A stretch of 36,296 bases of DNA from Clostridia bacterium (GTDB taxonomy: Bacteria > Bacillota > Clostridia > Monoglobales > Firm-18): the NCBI GenBank assembly GCA_045538345.1, contig JAZSRE010000046.1, positions 1-36,296 of the forward strand, written 5' to 3'. Of this stretch, positions 32,969 to 36,296 are shown piece by piece (position 1 is the stretch's first letter; every line of letters starts with the position of its first letter). The position numbers and the translations under genes were made by a program. The notes below the pieces were generated by a model. The model saw only the letters and a program-made list of their open reading frames with translations. It did no database searches and was not told where the DNA came from.

Positions 32969-35186
32969 TGTTTTTTATTTTCTCTTCAAGCCCGGTAAAA
33001 CGGACCTGTCTTAACTTATTATCTACCATAGTTTTTACTGAAGATTCTCTGCCTACAAGAACAACAAGTTTTTTTGCTCGCGTAACTGCAGTATAAAAAA
33101 GGTTGCGGCTTTGAAGCATAGGTGCACATGGGTACATTGGCATAATTATAACATCAAATTCACTTCCCTGGCTTTTATGTACGGTAATTGCATAGGCAAG
33201 CTCAATATCTTCAAGTTGTGAAAATTCGTATACACATACTTTGTCGTCAAAAACTATTGTGGCAGTTTTGTCTTCAGCATTTATTTTATGAATATAACCT
33301 ATATCACCATTAAAAATTCCACAACCCAAAACATCAGGGGCATCGTATTTTGCCCATTCGAGTTCGTAGTTATTGCGTGTTTGCATAACTTTGTCACCTT
33401 CACGGAATATTACGTTTTTATACTGTTTTTCCTTTTTCTTTTTGTCTGGTGGATTAATAACCTTTTGCAGGGCGTTATTAAGTTCGTTAATGCCGGTTAT
33501 CCCTTTTCTTGTAGGAGAAAGTATCTGTATCTGGTATAGCGGATTGTACTTGTAAGCGTTAGGCAACCTGTTAATAAAAAGGTCAATTATAGAATCGGAT
33601 ATTTCAGTTGCCGAATCCCTTTTTACAATAAAGAAGTCAGTGCCCTCCTGGTTGAATATTGGATATTCACCATTGTTTATTTTATGGGCATTTACAACTA
33701 TGGCACTTTCCTTTGCCTGACGAAAAACCTCTTTTAGGGAAACTACGGGAATAACGCCTGAATTTATAATATCGTGCAATACATTTCCTGCACCCACAGA
33801 CGGTAGCTGGTCGCAATCGCCAACCATAATAATACGAGTATTTATTCTTGTTGCCTTTAGAACGGCTTCCATAAGAGAAATGTCAACCATACTCATTTCG
33901 TCTATTATAAGCAAATCACAATCTAATGGATTATTTTCGTTTTTGCCAAACTGCATTTTATCTTCATTTGAAGAAAATATATATTCAAGCAAACGGTGTA
34001 TAGTTTTTGCAGGGACACCGCATACTTCAGACATACGCTTTGCAGCACGTCCTGTTGGTGCCGCAAGCAAAACCTTTTTTTCTAAAGTGTCCATAATTTT
34101 TATTATGGTATTTATTATTGTGGTTTTACCTGTTCCCGGGCCACCTGTAATGATTATTGCGCCGTTTTCCAAGGCTTGGGTCACAGCTTTTTTCTGCAAA
34201 TTTGCAAGGGTAATATTGTTTGCTTTTTCAATGGTTTTAATAAGATTTTCAATGTTTAAATTTCCAATACCTTCTGTATTTTTAGAAATTTTTGAGATTT
34301 TTTCAGCAACATAAACTTCTGCTTCATACAGGTTTGGAAGATATACTTTTTGCAAATCATCATTATTTTCTGTTTTGAGTTCGGAAGAAAAAATCATTTT
34401 TAGTACAATATTTTCTGCCTCTTCAAAGCCTACTTTTATTAAACGGCATATTTCTTCAACTAGGTTATTTTGGGGAAGATATGTATGTCCGTTCATTGAA
34501 GCGGTATTAAGTACATATTTTGTTACTGCACGTATTCTTATTGGTGCGTTGCTTTCAACGCCCATATCAAGTGCAATTTTATCGGCGGTTTTAAAGCCTA
34601 TATTATAAAGAGAATCTGAAAGAATATAAGGGTTTTCTTTAATTCTTTCAACGGAGCTGTTTCCGTAACGTTTATATAACTTAACGGCGCTTTGGGGGGT
34701 TATACCAAACTTCTGAAGGTACATAACAATATTTCTTATTCCCTGTTGTTTTACAAAATCTGCACCTATATCCAAAGCCTTCTTTTTGGATATACCATTT
34801 ATGACAGCAAGCTTTTCGGGGTGGTGTTCAATAATGTCAAGAGACTCTTTACCAAACATATCAACTATTTTTTTGGCAGTTGCCATACCTACACCCTTTA
34901 TTGACCCGCTTGCCAGATATTTTAATATGTCATCAACCTCTGAAGGTAAAGTTCTTTCATAATATTCGGCCTTAAATTGTGGTCCATAATCTTGATGAAA
35001 GGTCCATTCGCCAAAAACAGTTACCTGTTCACCTTCTGCAATCTGTGGCATATACCCTACGGCAGTGACGGTATCTTCCAAAGTTTCTATATCACAAACT
35101 GTATATCCGTTGTCGGAATTGTAATATACAATTCCTACTACCTGACCTATTAACTTTTCTTTTTCGTTTTGTAGGTTTTCAAGCAT
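32943..35186 (-). CDS. recD2: RecD2-type SF1 ATP-dependent DNA helicase
   Basis: GGPGTGKTT Walker A, LLIIDEMSMVD, VGDCDQLPSVGAG, AITVHKSQGSEF and an N-terminal HhH region. ATG 35186 is preferred, with GGAGA 9 nt upstream; the ORF-track TTG 35192 is the alternative. The 3' end overlaps comFC by 26 nt. Confidence 0.9.
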   Translation of the reverse strand: MLENLQNEKEKLIGQVVGIVYYNSDNGYTVCDIETLEDTVTAVGYMPQIAEGEQVTVFGEWTFHQDYGPQFKAEYYERTLPSEVDDILKYLASGSIKGVGMATAKKIVDMFGKESLDIIEHHPEKLAVINGISKKKALDIGADFVKQQGIRNIVMYLQKFGITPQSAVKLYKRYGNSSVERIKENPYILSDSLYNIGFKTADKIALDMGVESNAPIRIRAVTKYVLNTASMNGHTYLPQNNLVEEICRLIKVGFEEAENIVLKMIFSSELKTENNDDLQKVYLPNLYEAEVYVAEKISKISKNTEGIGNLNIENLIKTIEKANNITLANLQKKAVTQALENGAIIITGGPGTGKTTIINTIIKIMDTLEKKVLLAAPTGRAAKRMSEVCGVPAKTIHRLLEYIFSSNEDKMQFGKNENNPLDCDLLIIDEMSMVDISLMEAVLKATRINTRIIMVGDCDQLPSVGAGNVLHDIINSGVIPVVSLKEVFRQAKESAIVVNAHKINNGEYPIFNQEGTDFFIVKRDSATEISDSIIDLFINRLPNAYKYNPLYQIQILSPTRKGITGINELNNALQKVINPPDKKKKEKQYKNVIFREGDKVMQTRNNYELEWAKYDAPDVLGCGIFNGDIGYIHKINAEDKTATIVFDDKVCVYEFSQLEDIELAYAITVHKSQGSEFDVIIMPMYPCAPMLQSRNLFYTAVTRAKKLVVLVGRESSVKTMVDNKLRQVRFTGLEEKIKNNEIKRLFN

Positions 35187-35188
35187 TT

Positions 35189-35500
35189 TCAAATTCTCCG
35201 TTGTTTTAAGTGTTCAATATAGTCCTCGGTTGTCATAAACCTAATGTGAGGATATCTTTCAGCCAACTTATCTGTTATAGCATTACTGATTTCTGCAAGT
35301 ATAATTATAGAATGACAGTCGGTTGAAAGTATTGCGTTTCTCACAATGCATTCTATGTCTTCCTCCATACCCTGACTGTGTACAACCAGGTAATAGTCCT
35401 TTTCCTGGCTTTTAAAGTCTGCATATAAAAATCGTATAAATTCCAATAGCCCAAATGCACTGAAAAAGGCCAGTAATGACCACAAAATAATATCTGACAT
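35189..35500 (-). CDS. Hypothetical 103-aa membrane-anchored protein
   Basis: One N-terminal hydrophobic helix (IILWSLLAFFSAFGLLEFI), then an ~75-aa soluble domain. GAGGTG RBS 8 nt upstream. Its stop lies 2 nt before the recD2 ATG. I could not recognise a family. Confidence 0.55.
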   Translation of the reverse strand: MSDIILWSLLAFFSAFGLLEFIRFLYADFKSQEKDYYLVVHSQGMEEDIECIVRNAILSTDCHSIIILAEISNAITDKLAERYPHIRFMTTEDYIEHLKQRRI

Positions 35501-35506
35501 AATTAT

Positions 35507-35539
35507 ATCACCTCATTACAAAATATGCAATGAGGTGAT
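35507..35539 (-). promoter_or_regulatory. Perfect 11-bp hairpin that includes the RBS of the 103-aa ORF
   Basis: On the minus-strand RNA: AUCACCUCAUU, an 11-nt loop, then AAUGAGGUGAU. The 3' arm contains the GAGGUG Shine-Dalgarno sequence. No U-tract follows. Confidence 0.45.
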
Positions 35540-35557
35540 TTTAGTGTTCGTATTAAA

Positions 35558-36296
35558 TTAAAGAACTTTGCTTAAAAATGTTTGTGTTCTTGGGTTTTGA
35601 GGATTATCAAATATTTCATCAGGAGTACCAACCTCCATAATCTGCCCCTCGTCCATAAATATTACACGGTCTGCAACTTCCTTTGCAAACCCCATTTCGT
35701 GAGTTACCACAACCATTGTCATCCCTTCTGCAGCAAGTTGTTTCATAACGTCTAAAACTTCACCGACCATTTCAGGGTCAAGTGCAGAGGTTGGTTCGTC
35801 AAACAGCATAACCTCGGGGTTCATACAAAGGGCACGGACTATGGCTACACGTTGTTTTTGCCCGCCCGAAAGCTGTGAAGGATACGCATTTGCCCTGTCT
35901 TCAAGTCCCACTCTCTTTAAAAGCTCCATAGCCTTTGCTTCGGCATCCTCTTTTGAAATTTTCAAAAGCTTTGTAGGTGCAATAGTCATATTTTTAAGTA
36001 TTGTCATATGCGGAAACAGGTTAAAGTGCTGAAACACCATACCCATTTTCTGTCTGTGAAGGTTAATGTTAACCTTGGGGTCCGTAATGTCAACACCTTC
36101 AAAAATTATACTACCTGCTGTTGGGTTTTCAAGAAGGTTTAAAGAACGAAGGAATGTTGATTTACCCGAACCGGAAGGCCCTATTACAACAACCACTTCT
36201 CCGCGTTTAATTTCCGCGTTGACGCCGTTTAGCGCTTTTATTTTGCCTCCTCGGTAAAATTTGCATAGATTTTCTGTTTTTATAATGAAATCAGCA
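35558..36296 (-). CDS. Amino-acid ABC transporter ATP-binding protein (GlnQ/polar amino acid type); 5' end off the window
   Basis: GPSGSGKST Walker [16 protein letters not shown] signature, [11 protein letters not shown] Walker B. The frame stays open upstream of the ORF-track start (..[39 protein letters not shown]) to the window edge. Confidence 0.9.
   Translation of the reverse strand, partial: ADFIIKTENLCKFYRGGKIKALNGVNAEIKRGEVVVVIGPSGSGKSTFLRSLNLLENPTAGSIIFEGVDITDPKVNINLHRQKMGMVFQHFNLFPHMTILKNMTIAPTKLLKISKEDAEAKAMELLKRVGLEDRANAYPSQLSGGQKQRVAIVRALCMNPEVMLFDEPTSALDPEMVGEVLDVMKQLAAEGMTMVVVTHEMGFAKEVADRVIFMDEGQIMEVGTPDEIFDNPQNPRTQTFLSKVL

Noticed and set aside
32246-35500. recD2 helicase, comFC PRTase and the small membrane protein as a candidate phage-defence module.
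   Set aside because: Both large proteins have the canonical housekeeping/competence architectures (RecD2 with an HhH N-terminus; ComFC with a double zinc ribbon and a PRTase loop). I see no nuclease, reverse transcriptase, TIR, SIR2 or other effector domain, and the flanking genes are core metabolism.
1-36296. Mobile elements, prophage remnants, rRNA/tRNA genes and CRISPR arrays.
   Set aside because: I recognised no transposase, integrase or recombinase ORFs, no terminal inverted repeats flanking the accessory block, and no cloverleaf-like or rRNA-like segments in the intergenic regions. All spacers are under 350 bp and are accounted for by promoters, leaders and terminators.

Overview
Low-GC, Firmicutes/Clostridia-style chromosomal segment with dense coding, GGAGG-type RBSs and TTGACA/TATAAT promoters that often carry an extended -10. 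1-12 kb is a conserved housekeeping block: rpsI-rplM (minus strand), then pyrH-frr-uppS-cdsA-dxr-rseP-ispG-polC and a Toprim/DUF4093 gene. 12-31 kb is more accessory. It holds a YabE-like G5/3D cell-wall protein and a carbohydrate locus: a cytoplasmic heparinase II/III-like lyase, a membrane-spanning AraC regulator, and an LplABC-type binding protein with two permeases. Next comes an oxidative-stress island (Fur/PerR-like regulator, reverse rubrerythrin, BFD-like ferredoxin, and a rubredoxin missing from the ORF track) with three related 7-1-7 operator palindromes. After that: an SGNH hydrolase with one in-frame TAA, a DagK-family lipid kinase, an archaeal-type AspRS split by a 1-nt frameshift, an AlkD-like protein, a pair of G3E/COG0523-type P-loop genes (one with a CxCG-His repeat cassette, one fused to a DUF1980-like CC domain), a GH105 hydrolase and a small membrane protein. 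31-36 kb (minus strand) carries DAHP synthase, comFC, recD2, a small membrane-anchored ORF and a partial amino-acid ABC ATPase. I saw no rRNA, tRNA, CRISPR array, transposase or integrase, and no recognisable defence system. The best candidates for under-described biology are the G3E pair, the kinase-less transmembrane AraC locus and the atypical rubredoxin. All family assignments come from motif reading by eye and need HMM or BLAST confirmation.
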